The notes beneath the pieces were generated by a model, which did not search any database, had not been told where the DNA came from, and worked only from the letters and a program-made list of their open reading frames with translations. 64,000 nucleotides of DNA from Octopus vulgaris (lineage: Eukaryota), in contig OX597814.1 in the NCBI GenBank assembly GCA_951406725.2, positions 33,542,001-33,606,000 of the forward strand. The letters are read 5' to 3'. Of the stretch, positions 25,761-38,589 are shown piece by piece. The translations under genes and the position numbers were made by a program. How positions within the stretch are numbered: position 1 is the stretch's first letter; every line of letters begins with the position of its first letter.

Positions 25761-25840
25761 TTAACTACAGCTTTTCTGTAGAATTTATTGATATATTCAT
25801 AGATTACATCATAACATACAATCCACCATCTTCAGGTAAA
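25761..25840 (-). ncRNA. Degenerate type I hammerhead motif
   Basis: rc: TTTAC CTGAAGA TGGTGGATT..AATTCTACA GAAA-AGCT GTA GTTAA; C of GAAAC missing. Confidence 0.5.
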
Positions 25841-26116
25841 AATTTTAAACATATGAAACAGGTGTGATAATAGCTTGACCATGACGAATTCAATCAACAT
25901 TGTTGGATACGCTATTTATAACGGTTTGGACGAACGTAAATTCCGAGAAAATGACGGAAGTGACGTTTTTGTATCAACTAACGGAACGAAATTAACCAAA
26001 AATATATGCTTGTGGCTAGTACTTGTAATTTCTGGTGTAGTAAATAGCTGTTAAAGTGCTTAACGTTGCACTGAAGAGGACTTAAATATTCAAGCTAGAC
26101 TATGTAATAAGTATTC

Positions 26117-26320
26117 GTAGGCGTAGGAGTGGCTGTGTGGGTAAGTAGCTAGGCGTAGGAGTGAGTGTGTGGTAATTGGCTTGCTTACAAACCACATGGT
26201 TCCGGGTTCAGTCCCACTGCGTGGCACCTTCGGCAAGTGTCTTCTACTATAGTCTCGGGCCGACCAAAGCCTTGTGAGTGGATTTGGTAGACGGAAACTG
26301 AAAGAAGCCTGCCGCATATA

Positions 26321-26360
<40 letters not shown>

Positions 26361-26612
26361 TGTGTCTGTGTGTGTGTGTGTGTGTGTGTGTTTGTGTGTG
26401 TGTGTTTGTGTGTCTTTGTTTGTCCCCCCAACATCGCTTGACAACCGATGCTAGTGTGTTTACCTCCACGTAACTTAGCGGTTCGGCAAGAGAGACCGAT
26501 AGAATAAGTACTGGGCTTACAAGGAATAAGTCCTGGGGTCGATTTGCTCGACTAAAGGCGGTGCTCCAGCATGGCCACAGTCACAGGACTGAAACAAGTA
26601 AACGAGTAAAGA
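26117..26612 (+). mobile_element. SINE family D (GGCGTAGGAGTGGCTGTGTGGTAAG head), duplicated head, internal (TG)n
   Basis: A/B-box-like head, GGTTCAGTCCC, multiple copies in window. Confidence 0.9.
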
Positions 26613-27237
26613 GAGTAATACTGCTTCCTTTGATACGATACTTATTTTAATATTTATTGGTATGGATTCAGTCATTACTCGGTAACTCTTAAATGCATAT
26701 GAACGCATTACTTGTCCTGCGTATCACATGTGATGCAAGAGGCATATTTCCCTAGCGACCATGCATCATATATGGTAGATATTCCTAATAATTTTTTTCT
26801 GCCGCTAGAGTAACTTGGGATTTATGGAAGGAGAGCTTTATATTACTCAGAACGTGTGAAACAAAGGCTGACTTAAAGTCTAAAAACAAAGATGGACGTT
26901 TAGGACAAACTTAAGAAAATGCTTTGGAGAAGCAAAGGGTTAGCATAAATTATTGATCGGGAGTGCATCTAAAAGATACAGCTATAACTAGAGCATATTT
27001 TTGTATGCTCCCCTTTAAAAGAAACTTCTCAGAGAACTATAATTTAAAGTAAAGCACTCAATACATGAAAGAAGGGCAGATATATTTCTACATATATTCA
27101 ATAATATAATGATTCATACGACATTAATCCAGTCTGTTTCATTTCAGAATTCTTCTGACAAATTCTAAAGAGTCTTGTAAAATTCATTATTAAAAAGAAT
27201 ATATACATGTGAGCGTGCATGTATATATATTATATTA

Positions 27238-27278
<41 letters not shown>

Positions 27279-28449
27279 TGTATGTATATATATATATATA
27301 TATACATATATATAAAATATGTACAGATATATACTTATATATACATAAATACATGCATACATATATATATATAAGTACATATACATGTAAATATATATAT
27401 ATATATATAATCGTATTTTTATCGATCAAGTTGCTTTCTTCTCATATTTGCTTCTGTAGTTTCATTAGCCCTACATATTATTGCCCCAAGCATCTTTCAT
27501 ACTTTATTACAGTTTCCTTTATAAGAAAGTAAATAATCATATGTATTGGGCAGTATTTCGTTTGTTTTTTCTTTTTAGTATTATTATTAATTTTTATATT
27601 GTTTTGTTGTGCTGTTGCTATTATTGTCTTATTTTTGTTTGTATTTGTGTTGTGCTGTTATTCCTACGATTATTATATTTTGCGTTATTATTGTCATTAC
27701 TGCTTGTCGCTCGAATATGTTGCTGTTATTCTTTCTAGTGCATTTGTTATTGTTGTTGTATGCTGTTATTGTTGTGTTCATTGTTCATTATTTACTTAAT
27801 GTTATTGTTTGTTGTTTGTCGATGATTTTTGTTATTAGAATTATTGTTTATAGTGTTTTGTATTATTGTTATTTACATGTTTGTTGAGTTCTGTTATTGC
27901 TAGTTCAGTGTTGTTTTTACTTATCAATTTAGTATGTTGTTTCTTGTGTTGTAGTTATTGTTATATATTGTGTTACTGTTGTTTATTATGTGTTATTGTT
28001 GGTGTGCTAAGCGTTGTTGTGATGATTATAATCTTTTTATGTGTTATTGATATTCGTATGTTGAGCTGTTGCTTGCTAACTGCTGATTTTTTTTCTTGTG
28101 TGTATTGTTATTTATTATTACCCTGCGCGCGTAAGTGAAAGCAGGGTATTGTAATCGCTCGTCTTTGTCTGTGTGTCTATACACTCGCCTGCGTGTGTAT
28201 AGATCACGGTGTACCTTTGCGCGTAGACACGTGTGGGTACATACATACATAAATACTTTCATACATACATGCATACATATAATACTCTGTGTGCGTGTGT
28301 GTGTGTGTGTGCAGTGATGGATTCGAGGATTTCGTTTATTTAAGATCTGATTTCTTAATTTCACCGGAGTGAAGTAGGATATTCAACACCTAAACAGTTC
28401 TGATGATGCAAAGAACAGACAGATACATTAATAATTTCAATTAATTTTC

Positions 28450-28675
28450 CTTTCACCAAGTTTCACTTGTTGCCACTTCCTCATTCGAGTCACATATTAA
28501 GTCATCTAGAAAATCCTTGTACAGTCTGCAGTAGAGTTTCTACTTGCTTCGCATTTTCAGCGTACAACTCGAGGTCGTTCATATGCAAAAATTGTTTATT
28601 GTCTCCCGCAGCATTTGTAGTTCAGTCAGGTTTAACATGCTGGTTAGCATCAAGCAGAAAAGGACTGGCGAGAGA
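28450..28675 (-). mobile_element. R4/Dong-like non-LTR reverse transcriptase fragment
   Basis: LSPVLFCLML..HMNDLELYAENAKQVETLLQTVQGFS resembles LSPLLFC..YMDDLKLYA of R4/Dong RT. Confidence 0.7.
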
Positions 28676-28827
28676 CAGACAGACAGACAGGCAGAGACAG
28701 ACAGACAGACGAAGCATTCTTGGAATATTTCCCTTCTAGTGAAATAATATATCGTGCTTATAATACATCTTCTGTATGAGGCAAAATATGTCTGCAAGTG
28801 TGTGTGTGTGTGTCTATATATGTTTAT

Positions 28828-28910
<83 letters not shown>

Positions 28911-29258
28911 TATGGTTATATTATCATCATCATTTACCTTCCGTTGTTCATACTGGCATGGCTTGGACCAGTTTGATGTAACGTTTTTTCTACTGAACCA
29001 AATCTCAAAAATAAGAAACAAGTGGAAATTTTACCAGTGAGTGTGTTAAATTATAAAGCACAAAAAGAAAATGGACTCTACCCAGACACAACAAAATCTC
29101 AAATTAATTATGCCAAAGTGTAGCTGAGGCGGTGTTCTCTTTAAAACTGTTAACAGTTTGCAATTAAGTTGAGAAACGAATTAGTGGTGAAGCTTGGAAG
29201 CTGCTGCGATTGACGAAATGGCGGACTTAAGAATATATTCAACCACAACTGTGGTTGA

Positions 29259-29384
<126 letters not shown>

Positions 29385-29517
29385 GATTACATACATACAT
29401 ATACTTACATATGCCTATATATATATATACGTAAATATAAGAGAGTTAACGTTAAGTGGTGTTAAACTGATGGTATTATTAAATTAATATCTAATTTTTC
29501 ACCCCATTTATGAATAT

Positions 29518-29587
<70 letters not shown>

Positions 29588-29782
29588 GGTGTCTGTATAC
29601 ATATATTTATGTGTGCGCCCCGTGTGTGTGAGTGATAACGCCTTACGTCGAAGTTATTCTCAAATAAGTGCGACAATATCACTTATAAATCGTGATAAAT
29701 GTTCGAGCGAATAAATACGTAAATACACTCCTAACACACGAACGACTTGATATACGTGCATATTCCGTATGTACACTCTCAC

Positions 29783-29840
<58 letters not shown>

Positions 29841-29964
29841 AATTTCTCTCTCCCACTATCTCTCTTTTTCTTTCTCTCTTTTGTCTCTTCTCTCTGTCTG
29901 TGTCTATTTCTCTCTGCTTGTCTCTTGTAATGTATGTATGTGCATACATACACACACACGCACG

Positions 29965-30082
<118 letters not shown>

Positions 30083-30281
30083 ATATATATATATATATGC
30101 ATGCATATATATATATATATACATAAATATACATATATATATATATGTATATGCATGTATATATACTTGTTTGTATGTATGTATGTATGTATGTATGTAT
30201 GTATATATTTCATACACAAAATAGATGCCCTCAGTTTTGTCAGTGCTCAAATCAACTTATTCTTACATTTCAAGCCATAAG

Positions 30282-30329
<48 letters not shown>

Positions 30330-30601
30330 TTCTCTCTTTCTTTCTCACTCTCACTCCCTTTCTTTCTCTGCTTTTCATCACACACACCTTCTCTCTTTTT
30401 CCCTCTCTTTCTCCCTTCTCTCCGATACACGCATAAACAATTTAACACAGACTCACACACTCACTCACATTTACAAAATACGGTTTACTTCACATTTCAT
30501 AGATAGATAAATAGATAGATATATAGATATGTGTGTGCATGTATGTATGTGGGTATGTATGTGAGTTTTATTATACGTGTATATATATATATGCGTATGC
30601 A

Positions 30602-30632
<31 letters not shown>

Positions 30633-30759
30633 GTAAGTCTGTGTGTATATATCTATATATACATACACACACGTGCGTGTACGTATGAATGTATGTGCGT
30701 GTGTGCGCGTGCTTGCATATATGAAGAAAAGAGATAGGCAGGTAGATAGGCGGACAGGC

Positions 30760-30800
<41 letters not shown>

Positions 30801-31465
30801 GGCGGACAGACAGACAGACTGACTGACAGACAGACAGACAGAAATGCCTACATAAATATAAGACTATTTGTTGCAGATATGTATACAACGTAACTCTGTC
30901 CTTCCTCTCCAAAGCCTTCAGCAAGCTTATTGTGCTTCCGAAAATGACTGGCAGTATGGATGGCTTGCTTCTCTCACCAAGCTACTTCAAGGAAATGCTA
31001 TGAATATCTCCTCACATTGTCTCAGTTTCACGCACATCGAGGATGTGCCAAATGTCTTTATTTTGACCTCAAGTTTTGCGTGCATCTTTTCATGTGAAGG
31101 TGATTATATTTTTGTTTTTTTTGTTTTTATTTTATTTCATTTTAGTTTTTACTTATGTTTCATTTCTATAGTTTCGTTTTGTTTCGTTTTGTTTTGGTGG
31201 ATAATGGATGATAGTGTAAGAATACAAAAGTAGAGAGAGAGAGAGTGTGTGTGTGTGGTAAGGAGAGAGAAGGAGAGAGTGAGAAAGAGGGAGACGTGTT
31301 GCGAAAAAAAAAGATGTTAATAGAAATGTGGTTATAACAAAACTTTATTTTTGGTTTCAGGTTTTGGCAAAGAAAACTTTTCAGTAATGAAAGCCAAAGC
31401 CGAAACGAAAACCAGAACTAACGTTGACACTGACAACGACACCCGCAGCAACAATTGTAGCAGCA

Positions 31466-31471
31466 GTAGCT

Positions 31472-31530
<59 letters not shown>

Positions 31531-31622
31531 CATCGTGCTACTGTTGGCGGTGCTGGTGGAAGTGGCGGTTGTAGTTGTGGAGGTGGTGGTAGTAGTGGTG
31601 GTTGTAGTAGTAGTGTGGTGGT

Positions 31623-31653
<31 letters not shown>

Positions 31654-31694
31654 TGTTGTTGTAGTAGTGTGGTGGTTAGTAGTAGTAGTGTGGA

Positions 31695-31731
<37 letters not shown>

Positions 31732-31846
31732 CATCGTGCTACTGTTGGCGGTGCTGGTGGAAGTGGCGGTTGTAGTAGTGGAGGTGGTGGTAGTAGTGGT
31801 GGTTGTAGTAGTAGTAGTAGTGGTGGTGGTGGTAGTAGTGGTGGTT

Positions 31847-31892
<46 letters not shown>

Positions 31893-31915
31893 CGGTGGTG
31901 ATGGTGGTAGTAGTT
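31466..31915. repeat. (GTA/GGT)n tract with ~200-bp tandem duplication
   Basis: CATCGTGCTACTGTTGGCGGTGCTGGTGGAAGTGGCGG occurs twice; source of the poly-T/V/S ORFs. Confidence 0.9.
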
Positions 31916-32839
31916 GATGCTGCATCCCCAATAACAGCAGTAGACGTTTGGCAACGTGTCTCCCTCCACGTCATACCAGCAAGAAGCCTGCCTGCCAGTC
32001 AACCGGCCAGCCGGTAGACGTATACGTCAACGGAGTTATGAATGGAACAAATGAAATCTATTGGAATCCCGACTCTATTGATTTCTAATACAGATTCACT
32101 CAAAATCTGATTTTTAGAAGAGGAATTACAGGTGATTAAATCGGTCCCCAGGTCTTCACTAATGCTCAATCCACTGATTATAGAGTATTATCAATACTCT
32201 ATGTACGTGCATCTTTGTGTTTGTGTTTGTTCCCGATCACCAGCACCGCTTGACAACGGAGTTGGTTTGTTTACGTCTCCCTACCTTAGTGGTCCGACAA
32301 AGGAGAATGATAGAATAAGTGTACCAGGGTTAAAAACAACTAACTGCTGGGGTCAATTTGTTCGATTAAACCCTTCAAAGCAGTGCTCCCAGGATGACCG
32401 CAGTCCAATGAATGAAACAAGTAAAGAAGAAAAGAACCCCAAACGATCCAACGAGGGTCGGCGAACCGGAGTAAATTACTCCGAGTGGGGCAAAAATGAA
32501 ATTCTTGAGAGTAATGAGAACTCATTAGACATGAGCAAAACTATATGAAAAACGTATTCCTTGTTACCACATAAACTTTTCTTCTGGCAACTCTGCATCT
32601 GTCCAATGTAATGGATGTTAAATAGATTCATATAAATAGATTCAATAAAACAGATTCAACATACCATTTGAATTCAAAGAATCTATGATTTTCTTCCTTT
32701 CAAATCCAGGGGGTAACGTCGGCGTAAATAAATATATTTTGGGGTAATTGGTTGAAAATTTTCCCGATCCCCTATCTAAGTGGTTATTCGACTTGTTAAG
32801 AACAGTAGCTAAACTTCCTTCGTATCCAGGCAAAAAAAA

Positions 32840-33010
32840 AATGTCACAGGAAAAAGGTCACATGGATTTTGTCCGGGGGTGCCCGAGGAGGTCTTGCCCT
32901 AGGTTTTTTTTTTTGTTTCCGGATCGCATAAATTAATTGTGACTTTTTTCCTGTGACTTTTTCCTAGTTAAAATTGTGACTTTATTACTGTGACTTCATT
33001 ACCGGTCACC
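32840..33010. mobile_element. DNA-transposon/MITE end with repeated GTGACT subterminal motifs
   Basis: GTCACA motifs at left, GTGACT x4 at right, ending CCGGTCACC; related remnants at ~34240-34415. Confidence 0.4.
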
Positions 33011-33199
33011 ACTTCCTTTGAAGCATCTCCTACCGTCTTAAACATAGACGGTTACTTGGACGTTTTAGTTACCTGATATACAATAAACTGAGTAAGTCAA
33101 GGTTGGAACACTCATCAGAGGTCTGTTCAATAACAGCTGACCTACAACTAAACAATGACAATACTAAACACTACTGCTACTACTACAATAATTCTACTA

Positions 33200-33795
33200 A
33201 TAGGTACAAAGCCTGAAAATTTGAAGGAAGGATAAATCGATTGCAACGACTCCAGTGCTTAACTGGTAATTATTTTACCGACCACTAAAGAATGAAGGGT
33301 AAAGTTGACAATGGTGGAATTCGAACTCAAAATGTAAAGACGGACGAAATACCGCTAAACATTTTGTCCGGCGTGGTAACGATACTTTTTCTACTCTAGG
33401 CACAAGACCCGAAATTTTGGGGGAGGGGGCAGTAGATTAGATCGATCCAGTATGCAACTGGTACTTAATTTATCGACCCCAAAAAGATGAAAGGCAAAGT
33501 CGACCTCGGCGGAATTTGAACTCAGAACGTAAAGACGGACGAAATGTCGCTAAACATTTCGTCCGGTGTGATGACGATTCTTTTTTTACACTAGGCAAAA
33601 AGGCCCGAAATTTGGGGGGAAGGGACCAGTCGATTACATCGACCACAGCATGCAACTGGTACTTAATTTATCGACCCCGAAAGGATGAAAGGCAAAGTCG
33701 ACCTCGGCTGAATTTGAACTCAGAGCGTAAAGACGGACGAAATGCTACTAAACATTTTGTCCGGCATGATAACGATTCTGCCAGCTCACCGCCTT
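33200..33795 (-). mobile_element. Tandem trimer of SINE family A
   Basis: Three head-to-tail units, each with CTGGTA(C/A)TTA..AAAGT(C/T)GAC..GAACTCA. Confidence 0.88.
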
Positions 33796-34819
33796 ATATT
33801 ATGTAAATCTTGCACGAATAAAGATGCTAGGCATCTCTCCGGCATGGCAACGAGTCTACCAGTTTGCCGCCTTAAACACTACTGTTATAATATTTGGCTA
33901 CGCAGTTAGGCTACACTGCACGACAGAGCACTGTATGACATTTCAAAAATACTCAATGAACTCTATAATGTGTTGCACTATACCATATAATGAATTGTAC
34001 ACAAGTAACTATTTCTAGTCTATAAGAATACATGTGGGTCTAACAAGCGGTGAACAATTCTGTAGTCACAGAAAAATAGACGTAATTGTGGCTAGGAATA
34101 GAGAAAGAGTGAGATTTCACTGAAATACCATATATAATGGTTAAAGTAATTAAATAGACAATATTTTAAGTCACTTTTCATGTAAAAATACATGACTTTC
34201 ACACAATGCCTACACAATTTATATAATGGCGTTATATGTATATGGGGAAAAAAATCACATTTTATTCAATATCTTAAATAAAACAATGTAACAAGCTTTT
34301 ACGTAAGGTATTGAAATATATACGCGCGTGTGGTGTACGTGTGTGTGTGTGTTGTTGTAATTTTTTTTCTGTGACATTTTTTTTTTTTTTGCTTGTGGCA
34401 TTATTTCGTGGATTCTAACGAACGATAGATCATGATTTTGATCTAATTAGCAATCAAAGCCAACTAGATCAAAATTACAATTCTATTGTTACTTAGCCTC
34501 TAAATGTTTCTCTCCGAGGCGTTTATAATCACTGGGTTTTTTTCGTGCAAGATTTACATTCTTATATATATATATATATATATTATATTTCTCGTTTTTG
34601 TTTATTACCAAGTTAACATATATATGTTTATAGGAATTCCATCGATGCGCAACTATCGTTTATGTATACCAGGGAATGCATTGACCAATATGTCATCCGT
34701 TTTTGTTGGGGGTTTTTACGCCCTTTGCTTTAAATAATAGAATATGGCTTGAGACAGATTTGACTGCCATTTCTAGCAAACTGGGAGACCGCCTGAAGGG
34801 TCTCATGTTTTGTTGTCTA

Positions 34820-35038
34820 CAGTAATCACTCGACTATCGCGGGTGTTACGTTCTAAAAAACCCACAATATGTGAAAATCCGTGAAGTAGAAATAGTACTG
34901 TACTATATATATTTTTTTATTCTTATAATTTGTATATATTTATTTTATTATAAATGCAAAACAACACCGCAGAGGAATCGACGTGAGCCTCAATAATAAA
35001 ACGCGATGGGTGAACCGCGTTATGGCGAGGGATTACTG
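34820..35038. mobile_element. pogo/Tigger-like MITE
   Basis: TA|CAGTAATCACTCG ... CGAGGGATTACTG|TA. Confidence 0.85.
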
Positions 35039-35373
35039 TATTACGTAAAGTCATCGCCATTTTGTTGGCCAGACTAAGAAGAAAATGCAATGTGCATAGC
35101 ATTCTGGGATTACCTAAAACATAAGCTGAAATTATGTGTAAGTAGGTGAAGTTTGCACGACTCATTTTGAGCAGTAACACTGTTAGATTCTACAGAAAAG
35201 GGATTGGTGGAAATCTAAAAATGAGGGATTGGTGGAATCTAAATATGAGACAAAGTGGAAGGTAGTGTAGTAAGAGAAGAAGTGGAAGTGAGCTGATAAG
35301 GAGCAAATCTTTTCCACGTGTTTCTGGTGCTTTGAGACACAACACAATTATTCTGCAATACATCAGTTCATCT

Positions 35374-35915
35374 GTGGTGGCACGTGGCTTAGTGGAAGGC
35401 GGCGAGCTGGCAGAATCGTTAGCACGCCGGGCGAAATGCGTAGCCGTATTTCGTCTGCCGTTACGTTCTGAGTTCAAATTCCGCCGAGGTCGACTTTGCC
35501 TTTCATCCTTTCGGGGTCGATAAATTAAGTACCAGTTACGCACTGGGGTCGATGTAATCGACTTAATACCTATGTCTGTCCTTGTTTGTCCCCTCTATGT
35601 TTAGCCCCTTGTGGGTAATAAAGAAATAGGTTAGGGTGTCAGCATCATGATTGTAAGATTGTGGTTTTGATTCCTGGACCGGGCGACGTGTTTTGCTCAA
35701 GAACACAACGCGTCGCTCGGTCCAGGAATCGAAACCACAATCTTGAGCAAAATACTTCATTTCACGTTGCTCCAGTCCACTCAGCTGGCAAAAATGAGCA
35801 ACGCTGCGACTGGTTGGCGATCCGTCCAGCTGGGGAACACATACACCATAGAAACCGGGAAACCGGGCCCGTGAGCCAGGCTAGGCTTTAAAAGGGCGCA
35901 TTTATTTTTATTTAT
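35374..35915 (+). mobile_element. SINE family B interrupted by SINE family A (35397-35630) and with an internal inversion
   Basis: Family B head is split at TAGTGG|..|GGTTAGGGTG; inverted segment 35689-35744. Confidence 0.88.
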
Positions 35916-36451
35916 TTACATCGATTCATCTACCTTTGAGATTGAGTACAAGATTATCGGAGAAAATCACTGGTTTAGAATGGAGATTCTATCAAAGAGT
36001 ATGTTTTTCACAGCTTCTATATAATGCAATGAAGTCATATTTAATCACATGCCCTCAAAAACTTTCATCCTACTGCGTGGTTTCTTGGGATTGATATGTA
36101 TCGTACTGTGAGAGAATTTGGGTTGAGAGAGAAGAGCATAGAAACCTGTTGTATGGAATGCACCTGTAATTTCAAAGATCTAGAATCATCAGGCGGGCTT
36201 GTTGGTTCTACGTGAGAATTATTTTAGAGGTGTGTGTGGAAAACTCAGTCAAATGCGAGCGCGCACACACATGTACATGCGCATGTGCAGACGTACTCTC
36301 AGATGCATGTCTCCCATATATACCCATAAGCATGCACACAGATAAATACATATGTCCACATCTGCACGTATAATGTATATTTACACACGCGCACATACAC
36401 ATAAACACACACTCACACATATACAGATATTTATATGTGTGTGTAAGTTTG

Positions 36452-36750
36452 AGAAGGCGTGTGACTTAGTGGCTAAAGTATTCGGCTCGCGATCGTAAGG
36501 TTGTGTGATCGATTCCCAGGGACACATTGAGTCCTTGAGCAAGACAATTTATTTCCCATCGTGGCGCCAGTCCAATCAGCTGACAAAAATGAGTTGTACC
36601 TGTGAGTCAAACGGCCAGCCTTTCTCACTCTGTAACACGCAGAATATACTCGAAAACTACTTTAAGGGTACGTTAATTTCATGAGTAGACCGTCCCATTA
36701 AACGAATTAACTGCAACACTCATCATCGTAACCGACGGAGAACCATGCAG
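36452..36750 (+). mobile_element. Diverged CORE-like SINE
   Basis: GAAGGCGTGTGACTTAGTGG head, TCCTTGAGCAAGACA, tail shared with 37780 copy. Confidence 0.7.
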
Positions 36751-36780
36751 GTAAGTATATATATATGTGTGTGTGTGTGG

Positions 36781-36836
<56 letters not shown>

Positions 36837-36841
<5 letters not shown>

Positions 36842-37170
36842 GGTGCATGGCTCAGTGATTAGAGCGTCGAACTTACGATCGTGAGGTTGTGAGTTCGAAT
36901 CTCGGACCTGACTGCGTGTTGTGTTTTTGAGCAAGACACTTTATTAAAGGTTGCTCCAATTCACTCAGCTGTAGAAATGTGGTGCGACGTCACAGGTGCC
37001 AAGCTGTATCGGCCCCTTTGCCTTTCTCTTGGATAACACTGGTGACGTGGAGAGGGGAGGCCGGTATGCATGGGCGATTGCTGGCCTTCCATAAACAACC
37101 TTGCCCGGATTTGTGCCTGGGAGGGTAACTTTCTAGGTGCAATCCCATGGTCAGTCATGACCGAAAGGGG
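36837..37170 (+). mobile_element. CORE-like SINE (family B variant)
   Basis: Aligns end to end with 21540-21886. Confidence 0.88.
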
Positions 37171-37779
37171 TATATATATATATATATATGATAAAAAAGT
37201 CATTTCAGTACCGGTTTCAGTCATTGAGACTTTTTCAACTGTAAGTTTTGGAAAAATTGAAAGAAAAGTTTTTGTAAAAGAATATTTGCATAGTGTTCAA
37301 ATACAAGTGGCATTTTCCTTGTTTCTGCCTGTCTCTCTTTCTCTCTTGTTTACTCTTGTGGGTTCGAGGTCGTTGTATTGGAGTGTTGTGTTCTTGAGCA
37401 AGACACTTTATTTCAATCTTTCTGTATTTATCTTTCTAACTTTCTCTCTACTTTCCTTCTACATGTTTGTCAACTAATTTATATGTAGTTCATCATTTTA
37501 TATGTTCCATCATCATCAACATCAATATTTTTGGACAGAAATCCTTTACTCTGCAAATAGCAACATGTGAACTAGAAGTCTCTCAAGTTAATCCTCAACG
37601 TGTTCTCGAGCCTTTCTCATTGGATTCGTCGTCGTTTAAATATAAATGACTCGCACACACACACACACACACACACGTGAATGCGTGTGTATGTGTGTTT
37701 GAATAAATGTATGTACGTAGACATGTAAATACATACGTACACGTGCATATCAGTATATAAATTCGTACATTCATGTTTA

Positions 37780-38165
37780 GTGGAGGCACAATGGCACGGT
37801 GGTTAGGGCAGCGGACTCGCGGTCATAGGATCCCGGTTTCGATTCCCAGACTGGGCGTTGTGAGTGTTTATTGAGCGAAAACACCTAAAGCTCCACGAGG
37901 CTCCGGCAGGGGATGGTGGTGATCCCAGCTGTACTCTTTCACCACAACTTTCTCTCAATCTTACTTCCTGTTTCTGTTGTACCTGTATTTCAAAGGGCCG
38001 GCCTTGCCACTCTCTGTGTCACGCTGAATATCCCCGAGAACTATGTTAAGGGTACACGTGTCTGTGGAGTGCTCAGCCACTTACACGTTAATTTCACGAG
38101 CAGGCTGTTCCGTTGATTCGGATCAAACGGAACCCTCGTCGTCGTAACCGACGGAGTGCTTCCAC
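37780..38165 (+). mobile_element. SINE family C head with alternative tail
   Basis: GTGGAGGCACAATGGC..GGTTTCGATTCCC head; tail ..CGTAACCGACGGAGTGCTTCCAC. Confidence 0.85.
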
Positions 38166-38235
38166 ACATTCGTGTACGAATGTGTACATTCATGTTGGAA
38201 GCAATAAAGAAAGGTAGATGGATGGGCAAACAGTT

Positions 38236-38510
38236 GAATGCGGAGGAAATTAGTCTCTTGCTAACTGCATGACAAATACAAACATGCAAGACCTTTGTTA
38301 CCGTTAGCAAGCGATTCTTCAGCGCATTTAATTCATAAATATGTCGTTTATCATTTATTAATAGTTCCGTTTGTGACAAGAGCTAACACGATATGGTGGC
38401 ATATTGATCTTGAGGAGAAAATACGCTTACAGAGTTATTATCATGTATTACATAAAAGTTATCGCTTTTTGCATGAGATATATATATTCAGGGTATGTGT
38501 AGAAAACAAC
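38236..38510. repeat. Diverged direct repeat, copy 1 (copy 2 at 43254-43530)
   Basis: Shared blocks GAATGC.GAGGA.ATTAGTC, ATGTCGTTTATCATTT, TTTGTGACAAG.GCTAACA, CATAAAAGTTA, ATTCAGGGT.TGT. Confidence 0.8.
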
Positions 38511-38589
38511 TTATCGAAACTGCGGATCAGCCATTTAGAAATTCAAAATTTACATCTACCAAATACATGGCAATAAAACATTCTCCTCG

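Noticed and set aside
27540-28120. Cys/Leu-rich hydrophobic ORFs
   Set aside because: Degenerate (TTG/TTA)n low-complexity DNA
31381-32017. Mucin-like poly-Thr and poly-Val ORFs
   Set aside because: (GTA)n microsatellite translation; no domain or exon support
32642-32833. 63-aa minus-strand ORF as a host exon
   Set aside because: No recognisable homology or clear splice sites; adjacent to transposon remnants
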